NCBI GenBank assembly: GCA_964400015.1 | Contig: CAYNRR010000001.1 | Location: 45,904-109,903, forward strand | DNA: 64,000 nucleotides | Direction of reading: 5' to 3' | Source: an uncultured Eubacteriales bacterium | Lineage (GTDB): Bacteria; Bacillota; Clostridia; TANB77; UBA1234 | In this document: positions 1 through 10,564 of the stretch, in pieces | Position numbering within the stretch: the stretch's first letter is position 1 | How the letters are laid out: every line of letters starts with the position of its first letter | Notes under the pieces: model-generated | What the model was told of the DNA's origin: nothing | Database searches by the model: none | Seen by the model: only the letters and a program-made list of their open reading frames with translations | Program-made: the position numbers and the translations under genes

Positions 1-3000
1 AGTTTGAATTTTAACAGTCGTCATAACTTTTTTCTCTTTATAAACAATATTTATAATATTATTTATACTTCCAACCGTTAATTTTACAGGGTCAGTCATT
101 ATATATGTCCATTTTCTATTCTTTGAATCTTCAATTTCATCATCAACTTCAGGAATAAATTCACTACCTATTTCAAGATTAAATAATTTAGCTTCTTTGA
201 TTGTATTTCCATCCATATCTTTATATCTAACAGATACTTCTGCCTTAGCAACTTCATACACCATAGTAACTTGATTCATTCTTTCATCTTCCATTACTCT
301 TATAGGTTCTATTTTCTTTGAAATTAGTTCCCATTGTATTCCTTTATTGTCTGTAATGAATTGTATTGGTGAAGGTGCGAACATTTTTCCAACATGGATT
401 TGTTTTACTTCATCATCTTTTAACTTATGACCATCTACATCTTTAAATAAAATTCTTGCTTCTGCGAACGAAGATTCATAAGTTAATTTGAATACATTTA
501 TGTTATTAGGTGTATCTTCTTCAAGTCCTATCGGAACTTCTTTTACCTTTATTGATTCTGGTTCAATTTTAACAAATTTATATAGTTGAGATTCTTTGTC
601 TGTTATTGTCTTATCATATGGTGCTTTAAAGTTACTTCCTAACTGTGCCTTTATAACTTGACTCGGTATGATAGTATTTCCATTTAAAGTTATAAATTGT
701 AGTGTAACATCAACTTTCAATGGTGCATATATGATTTCAACAATATTGTTTTCTTCTTTTTCATCAACTTTAATTTCACTCAAACTCTTTGCTTTGTATT
801 CCCAAACACGTCCATCTTCACTTTCAATGACATTCTCTGGACTCACCTTATGAATATTACCAATTTGCACAAGTTGTTTTTTAGCTTCTTTTAACACATT
901 GTTATCTTCATCTTTATATACGTATACTACTGGTGCTTTTTCTTCTTCATAAGCTAGATTTACAATGTTTTTAGTTAAATCTTTGCTAACTTTTATTTTT
1001 GATTTACTGTTAGGATTATATGTCCATTTAACATTTCCAGCACTTACAATTGTTTCTGGTATCTTTGGAACGAAAAGTGAACCTATTTGTGCTTCTGTTT
1101 CTGTTTGAAGTTTAATATCAGCTCCCATTGGATCTTTATATTTAACATATACTTTGGTCATAGAAGGCTTATATTCCAATTTCATTACATTCTTTGTTGC
1201 ATCAGAATTTATAAGTATAGGCTCAACTTTTTTTACTGTAGTAAATATCTTATTAGCTATTTTTAAAGCATATATCCACTCTTTGCCCTCTTCATCTTCG
1301 ATATAATCTTTTATTTCAGGCATATAGCTCGTACCAACTTGGTTCTTAGTAATTAAAGGTTTTATAATATCTTTTGAATCATCATTTATAAATGATACCT
1401 TTGTATCTACTAAATACTTATCGTAACTAATATTTACAATATTTTCAGCAGGATTTCGCTTAACCTTAAATTTAGGAATTAAATCAACAAGCAATTCCCA
1501 ACCCAAACCTTTTTTATCAATTATTATGTTCTTAGGTTTATCTACATAAATGCTACCAATTTGGGCTCTAATGATATTAGGTTCTTGGATAGTTTGTAAT
1601 CCAGCACCAAAATAACATAGCTTAACATCTACCATTTCCTTTTTGTACGAAACATTGATTATATTCTTTGTAGAATCTTCTACAACTTTTAACTTTTTAA
1701 CATTTATATTATCAAAAATCCATGCTTTATCTTCTTTATCAGTGAAATTATTTTCAATCTTAGTTTCTACAACAACACCAACTTGATAACTTGCTTTCAA
1801 AGGTTCTGCTATTAAAGCTCCCTCTTCATTTAAATAATTTACTGTAACTTCAGAAGTTAATTTATCATATTTGCATTCTATTACGTTGATATCTTCTTTT
1901 ACAATTATTTCTTTTGCTGATACTTGAGCAAATTTCCATACATAATCATTTGCATCCGAAACTTTTTCTAATATCTTTGGTTCAAACTTTTTACCAACTT
2001 GAATTATATTTTCAGTTAATTTAGTTATTTCTGCATTTTCAGTATTCAAATATTTTGTATGAACTTTTGCTTTCAATGGTTCATAATAACTTGTTATAAC
2101 ATTATTATCTGATTTAACAATTATAGATTCCGTTGAAGCTTTTACGTATTTCCAACCCAATCCATCATTATCATTAAATTTTGCAAGTGGCTCTAATCTC
2201 ATTTCTCGACCAATTTGTACTTGCTTTAGTGCATCATTTCTAATTGTTGCTTCTTCGTCATTTTGGTATTTTAAAACAACATCAGCCTTATCCTCATCAT
2301 AATTTAAAATAATAATGTTATCTTGTTCGTTTTCCTTGGTTACAATTGAAATGTTTTCATCACCAATATATTTCCATTGATATTTATTTTTATCTAATAC
2401 CTTTTGTCTTATATTTGGAACGAAAATTCCACCAAGCTTAACTGTTGCTATAACATCTTCAACGATAGCTTTTTGCGTATTAACATTTAAATGTTTTACT
2501 AATACTTTTGATTTTACTTCTCCATATATAAACTTAAAGCTATTATCATTTTCTTTAACCATTAAGTTCTTAGGGTCTGTATTTTCAAGCATCCATCTGT
2601 CGCCTTGCATATCTGTAATTTTAATAAACAAGTTTGAATCATATACAGCACCAATTTGTCCTTGAACTATTTGAGATTCTTTTAATTTATTAGAGTATGC
2701 ATCGTAGAAATTCAATGTTATACCTGTCAATTCTTTATCATAATAAATAGAAATAACATTTTCTTCTGGTTGTTTTTTTACAGTAACTTCAGGAATTTTG
2801 TTTTTATCTATTATCCAGTGCTTTCCGTTACCATCAACAATCTTTATCATAGGATCATTTTTATAAATTGTACCTACTTGCAAAGTTTCGTATTTAGGTT
2901 GTATTAGCATATTCGATTCAGAGTCAAAATACTTAATTGTTACTTTAGACATTAAAGGTTCATACATCAAAGTAACATTATTTTCTCTTTCATCTTCAGA

Positions 3001-4050
3001 AATAACAATTCCTTTACCATTTTCTTTTGCTGTCCATATTTTTCCGAAACTATCTGGAATTTCTTTCATGCTTTCAGCATTAAATCTAGCACCAACTTGT
3101 GCTTGATTTACAGATGATTCTCTAATTTGTCTTCCATCTGTACTTATAAATTTTATTGCAACTCTTGAAAGTTTTGGCTCGTATATACCTTCAATAATAT
3201 TTTTGCTTTCATCTTCATTTACAATAATTTCATTTTTTATAGCACGAGTATATTTCCATTCCTTACACTCGAAATCCATAATTGTATTTTCAAAACTAAC
3301 GTTATATTTTTTACCAATTTGTACAAAAATAATTTCATCATCAACTAAAGGTTGATTTTGCAAGTTCTTAATTCTAGTAACAACTTTTCTCTTTGCTTCT
3401 TCGTACACTAAAGTTATTTCATTTTGAACATTATTCTTTACAAGAACAGTGCAATTTGATCCTTCAACATAACTCCAACCTAATCCATTAACGTCTACAA
3501 TATAAGGTAATATGTCTGCTTTATAAACTTTATCAACTGGAGCTGTCACAATTTTAGGTTCAGCAATTGCCATTCCTGTTTTATTTGTATAATTTATAAC
3601 AATATCTGCACGTTCTATATCGTATATCAAAATAATTTTATTTTTATTTTCAATTTCACTAACGACTAGTTTAGAAGGTCTTGCATTTATAAGTTTCCAA
3701 TCATCACCTTGAAAATCTTTACAGAACTTTTTACTTTCAAAATTATAACTTGTTCCTACTTGCAAAATTTCTTGCTTGTCTTCAGCTATTTTTTTACCTT
3801 CACGATTGATAAATGATATTGAAACTCTAGAATATTTTTCTATATATCTTAATTCAATCAAATTATTTTCTGCATTCGCAGTTAATACAATCGGAAGTAC
3901 ATTTGGATTTTCAAGCACCCATTCTTTTCCCTCTTTGTCATTTATAGTCGGAATAAGATCTGGTAAAAAAGAAGCTTTTGGGAAAACATTACCAAGTATA
4001 TTTTCTTTTAATACTTCCCCTTTAGAATTAACATATCTAACTGTAACTCT
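1..4050 (-). repeat. Tandem coding repeats with a period of about 222 nt (about 74 aa), 18 full copies plus a partial 19th. Conserved at protein level only.
   Basis: The recurring pattern is V-x-V/I-x-Y/F-x-D/N-x-x-G-x-x-I/L ... Q-V/I-G ... G-K/L-x-W ... N-x-I/V-x-x-x-Y, seen in my own translation of the minus strand. Confidence 0.7.
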
Positions 4051-5643
4051 TGTTGAACCAGGAAGAACTTCGCCACCTATGATATAAGAAGAGCCACCAT
4101 TCATTTTTTCAGAATTAAATAAATTTTGTTTTGAAATATTATCAATACTAAAATCTAAACTTGTTCCGTTATACATAACAACTGTGCTTCTATCAGAATC
4201 TGCTGGTGGAATATAAAAAATAACTTCAATATTAGGAACAGGTAATCCATCAGTTCCATAATATTTCATATCTTCATATATATATCCCAACAAGTCTGGT
4301 ATACCCTCTATTCCAATAAACGTTTCTCTCCTAATAATCACAGCAGGAACGTTAACATTGAAATCCGCTATTGATTGCTTGCGAACCATACATCCAGTTT
4401 CATCAGTATATTCAAGCTTATTACCTATTGTAGTTAAATCTTCCAACACGTTTTCAGTCAATCTATATTTATATCTTCTAGACATATGATCTTCTATTGA
4501 TATATATAACTTTTCTTCAAATTCTGCTGGATCTGTTATAACTCTATATTTATATTTTACCGGTTCTATTTGATCTGTTTTATTTGGCAACTCTGCACGT
4601 ATTACATCTATTGATGGAAACATCAACTCAAAATTTAGTTTTTTCAAAACATCTTTTATCTCTTCAAAATCGACATCTTGACCTACTTCTTTTTTAAAAT
4701 TTCTTGCAATATCTCTAGCTAACGAATCTATTCTAGGATCTGCTTTTTTTAATTCTGAAAAAGTAGCTTGCTCATAAACTCTTGGTGAAATAAAAATACC
4801 AATATGTTCTTGAACACCTTTGCTTGGGCCTACCCAATAATACGAAACCGTATTTAAAGGGAAATCAACTTCTGGAAGTGGCTTGTCAATTCTAGTGTAC
4901 GGGTCATTACTGATAACACCAACTTGTACATTTTTTGAAAGCATTTTTACATTTGCTTCTTTTTCTAAAAATTCCACTCTATTATTTTTTACATTTATAT
5001 ATCTTAATGAATACGAATATAAATTTTCAGCATACTTATATTCATTATCATACATTTTAAATCTTGGATTTAAATCTTTTATAGCAATTTCATCTATTAC
5101 AAAATCAGAAACAAGAAGTGCAAATATTTCTCTAACTTTACGTTCTGTTGCTTTTCCGTTTCTAGATGCAATACTTAAAAATGGTTCATAATACGCAAGT
5201 GTTACTTCGTCTCTTTCTTTCTTATATATTTTTTCATATGTTAAATTGCTATACAAATTTTGAATTTTAGTAGTTGGTTGATAAATAATAATTTTAACTT
5301 TAAATTCATTTGTAACACCCATTATTGCACATCTTTTAGAAAGAGTATAATCTGCTGCTGCAAATCTAGTTCCTATTGCTGATTCTGTTGCAAAAGTTTG
5401 AATATCACCTTCCATAACTTCGCATTGCAATATATCATTATTAACATTTAAATACATTCTAATTATTTCAACATTAGGCTCGCCGTATTCCTCAACTGTT
5501 ATAAAATCTGGAATACTTTCTGCATCTTCAATTGAATTTTCAATCAATGCTAAATCAAACTTTGACAAAATAGAATTTGATATAGTTTCGTTGTATCCTA
5601 AAGTATTAAGTTTTTCTTTAAGCAAATTTAATACTGTTTTCAT
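1..5643 (-). CDS. Giant repeat protein, 3' end outside the window (at least 1881 codons). It has a unique N-terminal region of about 510 aa, followed by at least 18 tandem repeats of about 74 aa that look MucBP-like (beta-grasp).
   Basis: The ATG at 5643-5641 is preceded by GAGGTG. I hand-translated the minus frame from 5643 down to base 1 and saw no stop; the frame ends exactly on base 1. The N-terminus reads MKTVLNLLKEKLNTLGYNETISNS, with no signal peptide. Repeat units start VTVRYVNSKGEVL, VSISFINREGKKI, VAIKFISTDGRQI, VTIKYFDSESNML, and so on through VSVRYKDMDGNTI. It is absent from the ORF track only because no stop lies inside the window. Confidence 0.85.
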   Translation of the reverse strand, partial: MKTVLNLLKEKLNTLGYNETISNSILSKFDLALIENSIEDAESIPDFITVEEYGEPNVEIIRMYLNVNNDILQCEVMEGDIQTFATESAIGTRFAAADYTLSKRCAIMGVTNEFKVKIIIYQPTTKIQNLYSNLTYEKIYKKERDEVTLAYYEPFLSIASRNGKATERKVREIFALLVSDFVIDEIAIKDLNPRFKMYDNEYKYAENLYSYSLRYINVKNNRVEFLEKEANVKMLSKNVQVGVISNDPYTRIDKPLPEVDFPLNTVSYYWVGPSKGVQEHIGIFISPRVYEQATFSELKKADPRIDSLARDIARNFKKEVGQDVDFEEIKDVLKKLNFELMFPSIDVIRAELPNKTDQIEPVKYKYRVITDPAEFEEKLYISIEDHMSRRYKYRLTENVLEDLTTIGNKLEYTDETGCMVRKQSIADFNVNVPAVIIRRETFIGIEGIPDLLGYIYEDMKYYGTDGLPVPNIEVIFYIPPADSDRSTVVMYNGTSLDFSIDNISKQNLFNSEKMNGGSSYIIGGEVLPGSTRVTVRYVNSKGEVLKENILGNVFPKASFLPDLIPTINDKEGKEWVLENPNVLPIVLTANAENNLIELRYIEKYSRVSISFINREGKKIAEDKQEILQVGTSYNFESKKFCKDFQGDDWKLINARPSKLVVSEIENKNKIILIYDIERADIVINYTNKTGMAIAEPKIVTAPVDKVYKADILPYIVDVNGLGWSYVEGSNCTVLVKNNVQNEITLVYEEAKRKVVTRIKNLQNQPLVDDEIIFVQIGKKYNVSFENTIMDFECKEWKYTRAIKNEIIVNEDESKNIIEGIYEPKLSRVAIKFISTDGRQIRESSVNQAQVGARFNAESMKEIPDSFGKIWTAKENGKGIVISEDERENNVTLMYEPLMSKVTIKYFDSESNMLIQPKYETLQVGTIYKNDPMIKIVDGNGKHWIIDKNKIPEVTVKKQPEENVISIYYDKELTGITLNFYDAYSNKLKESQIVQGQIGAVYDSNLFIKITDMQGDRWMLENTDPKNLMVKENDNSFKFIYGEVKSKVLVKHLNVNTQKAIVEDVIATVKLGGIFVPNIRQKVLDKNKYQWKYIGDENISIVTKENEQDNIIILNYDEDKADVVLKYQNDEEATIRNDALKQVQIGREMRLEPLAKFNDNDGLGWKYVKASTESIIVKSDNNVITSYYEPLKAKVHTKYLNTENAEITKLTENIIQVGKKFEPKILEKVSDANDYVWKFAQVSAKEIIVKEDINVIECKYDKLTSEVTVNYLNEEGALIAEPLKASYQVGVVVETKIENNFTDKEDKAWIFDNINVKKLKVVEDSTKNIINVSYKKEMVDVKLCYFGAGLQTIQEPNIIRAQIGSIYVDKPKNIIIDKKGLGWELLVDLIPKFKVKRNPAENIVNISYDKYLVDTKVSFINDDSKDIIKPLITKNQVGTSYMPEIKDYIEDEEGKEWIYALKIANKIFTTVKKVEPILINSDATKNVMKLEYKPSMTKVYVKYKDPMGADIKLQTETEAQIGSLFVPKIPETIVSAGNVKWTYNPNSKSKIKVSKDLTKNIVNLAYEEEKAPVVYVYKDEDNNVLKEAKKQLVQIGNIHKVSPENVIESEDGRVWEYKAKSLSEIKVDEKEENNIVEIIYAPLKVDVTLQFITLNGNTIIPSQVIKAQLGSNFKAPYDKTITDKESQLYKFVKIEPESIKVKEVPIGLEEDTPNNINVFKLTYESSFAEARILFKDVDGHKLKDDEVKQIHVGKMFAPSPIQFITDNKGIQWELISKKIEPIRVMEDERMNQVTMVYEVAKAEVSVRYKDMDGNTIKEAKLFNLEIGSEFIPEVDDEIEDSKNRKWTYIMTDPVKLTVGSINNIINIVYKEKKVMTTVKIQT

Positions 5644-5804
5644 TTGTTCACCTCAATCAGATTTTAATATCTAACCACAAAAATATATACCTATAACTAT
5701 TATACATTAACCATCTTTTTTTTCAAGAATATTATATATCAATATGCATTAAAATATTTTTTCTGCTCAAAATATTTTTGATTACCTATTAAATTTCAAA
5801 GGAT

Positions 5805-6353
5805 GTGCAATTCTTGAATTCAAAATTTATAATAATTAAAATTCATTCTCCACAATTTTATAACATGTTAATTAGGAAACTAACTGAATATAAACATATC
5901 CACTTTTTCTCAAGAAAAATAAATGATGTTTACACTGTCGCAATCAAATGCGATTGCTTTTATAAAAATTTCTTAAGCGTTACAAATAGTGAAAATATCT
6001 ATACCTCATATATATATTTATACACTAATGTTTCAATAATTTTAGCAGAACTAATTATAGAATTTTACGAACTACGAATAACTCACCAAATCTTATACTC
6101 TCAGCACAAATATTTATCTAGTTATAGGAAATATAAAATTCGCAACATTTTGCAAGCTGTATTGGATGTAAATTATCCTTCTATTGAAGCTAAGAAACTA
6201 TATCTATATCGAAAAGATTTAATTTTAAATAAGCTCCTATTAAACTTTAGAAAATGTAATTATATTTATTTAGAACATTTTACTTTTTTCAAGCTTCCAA
6301 ATTATCATGAACATTTAGAAAATATAGTACAAAAGACCTGTTCTAAATATTGA
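5805..6353 (+). CDS. Hypothetical protein (182 aa, start uncertain: GTG at 5805 or an internal ATG)
   Basis: A long open frame in very AT-rich DNA, where stops are frequent. It fills the gap between divergent genes. The RBS (AAAGGA) is weak and I recognised no motif. Confidence 0.4.
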   Translation: MQFLNSKFIIIKIHSPQFYNMLIRKLTEYKHIHFFSRKINDVYTVAIKCDCFYKNFLSVTNSENIYTSYIYLYTNVSIILAELIIEFYELRITHQILYSQHKYLSSYRKYKIRNILQAVLDVNYPSIEAKKLYLYRKDLILNKLLLNFRKCNYIYLEHFTFFKLPNYHEHLENIVQKTCSKY

Positions 6354-6421
6354 CTTTTTTTTTCAAGTATTAGATAATATTTTTGTGTGTAAACATATGA
6401 TTACAAAGGAGGAAATTTAAA

Positions 6422-8983
6422 GTGTACTTGTTCGGAAAAATTACTGTTAAGCCACAATTGCCAGAACGAATCAAAGACCTTGGAGTTATTGCATATAACT
6501 TATGGTGGTCTTGGAATTCTTATGCGCTTCGCTTATATGATTATATTGATTCAGACTTATTTACAAAGGTTGGGAAAAATCCTGTAAAATTCCTTTCAAG
6601 AATAAACCAAAAAAGATTATTAGAAGTTGCAAATGATACAGAATTTTTAAAAGATTATGATTTAATTGTCGAAAATTTTAAAAATTATTTATCAACAGAC
6701 AACACTTATTACAATCGTACTTTCCCAAATAATAAAAATGATAGAATTGCTTACTTTTCTGCCGAATATGGGCTTGATGAAGTTTTGCCTATATATGCTG
6801 GTGGATTAGGTATTCTTTCGGGAGATCATTGCAAATCAGCAAGTGATTTAGGAATACCATTTACTCCAGTCGGACTACTTTATAAACAAGGTTATTTTAA
6901 TCAATTTATAAACAAAGATGGTAGTGAGCTTTTTGATTATTCTCCTAGTGTTATGGAAGATTTACCAATTACACCCGTTCACGATAAAAACGGAAAAGAT
7001 TTAATTATATCTGTTGAATTTCCAGGTAGAATTGTTTATCTAAAAGTATGGAGTATCGCTGTTGGTAGAGTTACATTATACTTACTTGATAGTGATATCG
7101 ATTTAAATTCTAACATCGATAGACAATTGACTTTAAAACTTTATGGTGGAAATCAAGAAATGAGAATTTCACAAGAAATCATTCTTGACATTGGCGGTAT
7201 GAAACTTCTAAAAACTTTAGGTATAAATCCTACAATTTATCACATGAATGAAGGTCACTCTTCTTTCGTTGCTCTTGAAGTTATTAAAAAGTTTATGGAA
7301 GAAAAACACGTGTCATTTGAAGTTGCTAAAAAATTAGCATCTGCATGCACAGTATTTACAACACATACTCCAGTTCCTGCAGGAAATGATATTTTCCCAA
7401 TGGATTTAGTTGATAGATTTTTCTGCAACTATTATAACGATTTAGGAATATCTAAAAATGATTTCTTAAACCTAGGTACAAAAAAAGAAAATGCATTTAA
7501 CGAAGGATTTAATATGGCTGTTCTTGCATTAAAAATTGCTGGTGCAAGAAATGGTGTTAGTAAATTACACGGCGAAGTTTCTCGTGAATTATTCTCTGAA
7601 CTTTGGCCAGAAACTGCTTCAAATGAAATTCCAATTGACTATGTAACAAATGGTATTCATTCATGTACTTGGCTTGCCCCTACTCTTAAAGAATTATACA
7701 ACGCATATATGAGACCATTCTGGCAAGAACAAGTTTATGATGCTGAAGTATGGAACGATATCGATAATATTCCAGACCAAGCTTTATGGGATGCTCATAT
7801 GGTTCAAAAAAATAAACTTGCTAACTTGATTAGAAAAAATATTAAAGCTCAAAAAATGAGACACAATGTTTCACCGGAAGAATTAAATGAAATAGATAAA
7901 ATGTTTGATCCAAGTGTATTAACCATTGGTTTTGCAAGACGTTTCGCAACATATAAACGTGCCGACTTAATATTTAAAGATTTAGAAAGAATAACAAAAC
8001 TTCTAAATGATCCTTCAAAACCAGTTCAAATTGTATTTGCCGGCAAACCACATCCAGCTGATATACAAGGACAAGAACTAGTAAAACGTATTTATGAAAT
8101 TTCTGAAATGCCACAATTCAAAGGTAAAGTATTCATCTTAGAAAACTATAATATGTACATTGCTAGATATCTTGTAAGTGGCGTTGACGTTTGGCTTAAC
8201 AACCCTCGTCGTCCACTTGAAGCAAGTGGTACTAGTGGTGAAAAAGCTGGTGTAAATGGCGTTATTAACTTTAGTATCCTAGATGGTTGGTGGTACGAAG
8301 GTTATGATGGCACAAACGGATGGGCTATCGGAGATGACACTGAATATACAAATTATGAATTACAAGATAATGCTGATTCACAAAGCATTTACAACATATT
8401 AGAAAATGAAATAATTCCACTTTATTATTCTAAGGATTCTGAAAAGATAAATACTAAGTGGATTAAAAAGATGAAAGCTTCTATAAAAACTGTTGGTGGT
8501 GTTTATAATACAGGTAGAATGCTTGTAGACTATTTGAATAAACTTTACATTCCTCAAATAAATCGTATTAACAAGATTTCTTCAGATATCGAATCTGTTA
8601 ATAGTTACTTAGGTTGGGAAGCAAATGTAAAATCTAAATGGTCTATGATTAAAATAAATCCTTCTTCTCCTCTTGACGAATTATTTGTTAAAGCAGGTAA
8701 CAATATAAAGATGTGCTGTGACGTTTCATTAAACGGATTATCTCCTAACGATGTTACTGTTGAAGTATATTGTGGTCGTCTTGATGAGCAAGGAAAAATG
8801 ACTAATAGTTTATATACTGAAATGAAAGTTGATAAAACTATCAATGATTCAGAATATGAATATTCTGCCGATTTAATGATTGATGACGGTGGAAATTATG
8901 GATATACATTTAGAGTTTTACCAAAACATGATTTACTAATAAATAAGCATGACTTATCATTATGCAAATGGTTAACTAATTAG
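6422..8983 (+). CDS. glgP: Alpha-glucan (glycogen/maltodextrin) phosphorylase, GT35 family
   Basis: 853 aa. The PLP-site region NPRRPLEASGTSGEKAGVNG is typical of alpha-glucan phosphorylases. AAGGAGG lies upstream of the GTG start. Confidence 0.9.
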   Translation: MYLFGKITVKPQLPERIKDLGVIAYNLWWSWNSYALRLYDYIDSDLFTKVGKNPVKFLSRINQKRLLEVANDTEFLKDYDLIVENFKNYLSTDNTYYNRTFPNNKNDRIAYFSAEYGLDEVLPIYAGGLGILSGDHCKSASDLGIPFTPVGLLYKQGYFNQFINKDGSELFDYSPSVMEDLPITPVHDKNGKDLIISVEFPGRIVYLKVWSIAVGRVTLYLLDSDIDLNSNIDRQLTLKLYGGNQEMRISQEIILDIGGMKLLKTLGINPTIYHMNEGHSSFVALEVIKKFMEEKHVSFEVAKKLASACTVFTTHTPVPAGNDIFPMDLVDRFFCNYYNDLGISKNDFLNLGTKKENAFNEGFNMAVLALKIAGARNGVSKLHGEVSRELFSELWPETASNEIPIDYVTNGIHSCTWLAPTLKELYNAYMRPFWQEQVYDAEVWNDIDNIPDQALWDAHMVQKNKLANLIRKNIKAQKMRHNVSPEELNEIDKMFDPSVLTIGFARRFATYKRADLIFKDLERITKLLNDPSKPVQIVFAGKPHPADIQGQELVKRIYEISEMPQFKGKVFILENYNMYIARYLVSGVDVWLNNPRRPLEASGTSGEKAGVNGVINFSILDGWWYEGYDGTNGWAIGDDTEYTNYELQDNADSQSIYNILENEIIPLYYSKDSEKINTKWIKKMKASIKTVGGVYNTGRMLVDYLNKLYIPQINRINKISSDIESVNSYLGWEANVKSKWSMIKINPSSPLDELFVKAGNNIKMCCDVSLNGLSPNDVTVEVYCGRLDEQGKMTNSLYTEMKVDKTINDSEYEYSADLMIDDGGNYGYTFRVLPKHDLLINKHDLSLCKWLTN

Positions 8984-8991
8984 TATCTCTT

Positions 8992-9027
8992 AAGGATTAT
9001 CTCACCAAGAGATAATCCTTTTTGTTT
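8992..9027 (+). terminator. Rho-independent terminator after glgP
   Basis: 12-bp perfect stem aaggattatctc / gagataatcctt, 5-nt loop, followed by a T-run. Confidence 0.8.
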
Positions 9028-9050
9028 ATATATAGAAAGGATGAATTTTT

Positions 9051-10490
9051 ATGAAACGTACTAAAATTGTTTGTACTTTAGGTCCAGCAGTTGATGATGC
9101 AAGAACACTTTCTAGAGTTTGCTCAGCTGGTATGGACGTAGCAAGATTTAATTTTTCACATGGAGATTATGCTGATCAAGAAAAAAGAGTAGAACTTTTT
9201 AAAAGTGTTCGTGACGAACTAGGGCTTCCAATTTCAATGATGCTAGATACAAAAGGCCCTGAAATTAGAATCGGAACTTTTTCAACAGAATCAGTCACTT
9301 TATTAGATGGCGATACATTTACATTATCTCATGACGAATGCGTTGGAACTAATGAAATGGTATATGTTAATTATCCAACTTTATACTCAGAAGTTAATAT
9401 TGGATCTACTATTTTAATCAATGATGGCTTAATAGAACTTCGTGTTGAAGAAATTTTCGGACAAGATATAAAATGTCGTGTAATACATGGTGGTAAATTG
9501 ACTAATCGAAAAAGTGTAAACGTTCCTGGCCTATCACTTAATTTTCCTTTAATAACAGAAAAAGATAAAGACGATATTGCATTTGGCGTAAAACACGAAT
9601 TCGATTACATTGCTGCTTCTTTCATAAGAAAAGCTGATGATGTAATTGCAATCAAAGAATTACTTGCAAGTTTAGGTGCACCACATATTGGTGTTATTTC
9701 TAAAATTGAAAATCAAGAAGGCGTTGATAATTTCGATGAAATATTAAATGTTTCTGATGGAATAATGGTTGCACGTGGAGACTTAGGTGTTGAAATACCA
9801 ATTGAAAAAGTTCCACACTTACAAAAAACATTTATTGAAAAATGTAATAAGAAAGGAAAAATCGTAATTGTTGCCACTCAAATGCTAGAATCAATGACAT
9901 CTTCTCCAAGACCTACAAGAGCTGAAGTTAATGATGTTGCTAACGCTGTATATGATGGTGCAACTTGCGTAATGTTATCTGGTGAAGTTGCTGCTGGAAG
10001 ATATCCTGTTGAATGTGTTGCTATGATGTCAAGAATTACAAAATCTGTTGAAAGTCAAATTGATTATTGGAAGAATTTTTCAAAATTAAACGAAGATTAT
10101 TTAATAAACAATCGTATAAATATGATTATTGGACACACTCTATGCGATCTTGCTATGAAAACTAATGCCAAAGCAATTTTTTCTATATCTGAAGGTGGTC
10201 ATACTCCTAGAGCAATTTCAAGCTTTAAGCCTGGATGTCCAATTTTTGCTGTAACTCCAAATCCAACTACCGCAAAAATCTTAAGTGCTGTTTGGAACGT
10301 TACTCCAATATTAGTAAAAGAAACTCAAGACGAACACGAAATGATTAAAGAGGCTATTGCTTTTGCCAAAGAGGCTGAATATGTTTATGAGGGTGATACT
10401 ATCATAATTGGAGAAAGTGACACATATTCAAAAACCAATGAATTCGGCTTAAAAAATAGCAAAAATGTAGGTGGCATATATACAATTTAA
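9051..10490 (+). CDS. pyk: Pyruvate kinase
   Basis: 479 aa. The N-terminus MKRTKIVCTLGPA and the motifs MVARGDLGVEIP and ATQMLESM are classic pyruvate kinase signatures. Confidence 0.95.
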   Translation: MKRTKIVCTLGPAVDDARTLSRVCSAGMDVARFNFSHGDYADQEKRVELFKSVRDELGLPISMMLDTKGPEIRIGTFSTESVTLLDGDTFTLSHDECVGTNEMVYVNYPTLYSEVNIGSTILINDGLIELRVEEIFGQDIKCRVIHGGKLTNRKSVNVPGLSLNFPLITEKDKDDIAFGVKHEFDYIAASFIRKADDVIAIKELLASLGAPHIGVISKIENQEGVDNFDEILNVSDGIMVARGDLGVEIPIEKVPHLQKTFIEKCNKKGKIVIVATQMLESMTSSPRPTRAEVNDVANAVYDGATCVMLSGEVAAGRYPVECVAMMSRITKSVESQIDYWKNFSKLNEDYLINNRINMIIGHTLCDLAMKTNAKAIFSISEGGHTPRAISSFKPGCPIFAVTPNPTTAKILSAVWNVTPILVKETQDEHEMIKEAIAFAKEAEYVYEGDTIIIGESDTYSKTNEFGLKNSKNVGGIYTI

Positions 10491-10519
10491 TTGACATAAA
10501 ATTAAGTAGATGATATAGT
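10491..10519 (+). promoter_or_regulatory. Sigma-A-type promoter for the telA-like gene
   Basis: TTGACA (10491-10496), 17-nt spacer, TATAGT (10514-10519). It starts directly after the pyk stop codon. Confidence 0.6.
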
Positions 10520-10564
10520 GTCTGTGGCAAAATACTTTATTTCATTATAGGAGGTAAATTTACC

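Noticed and set aside
668-5191. Three short plus-strand ORFs (668-853, 3776-4087, 4883-5191), the only tracked ORFs in the first 5.6 kb
   Set aside because: All lie antisense inside the giant minus-strand gene, which the track omits because it has no stop within the window. No RBS, and low-complexity Ser/Phe/Leu composition.
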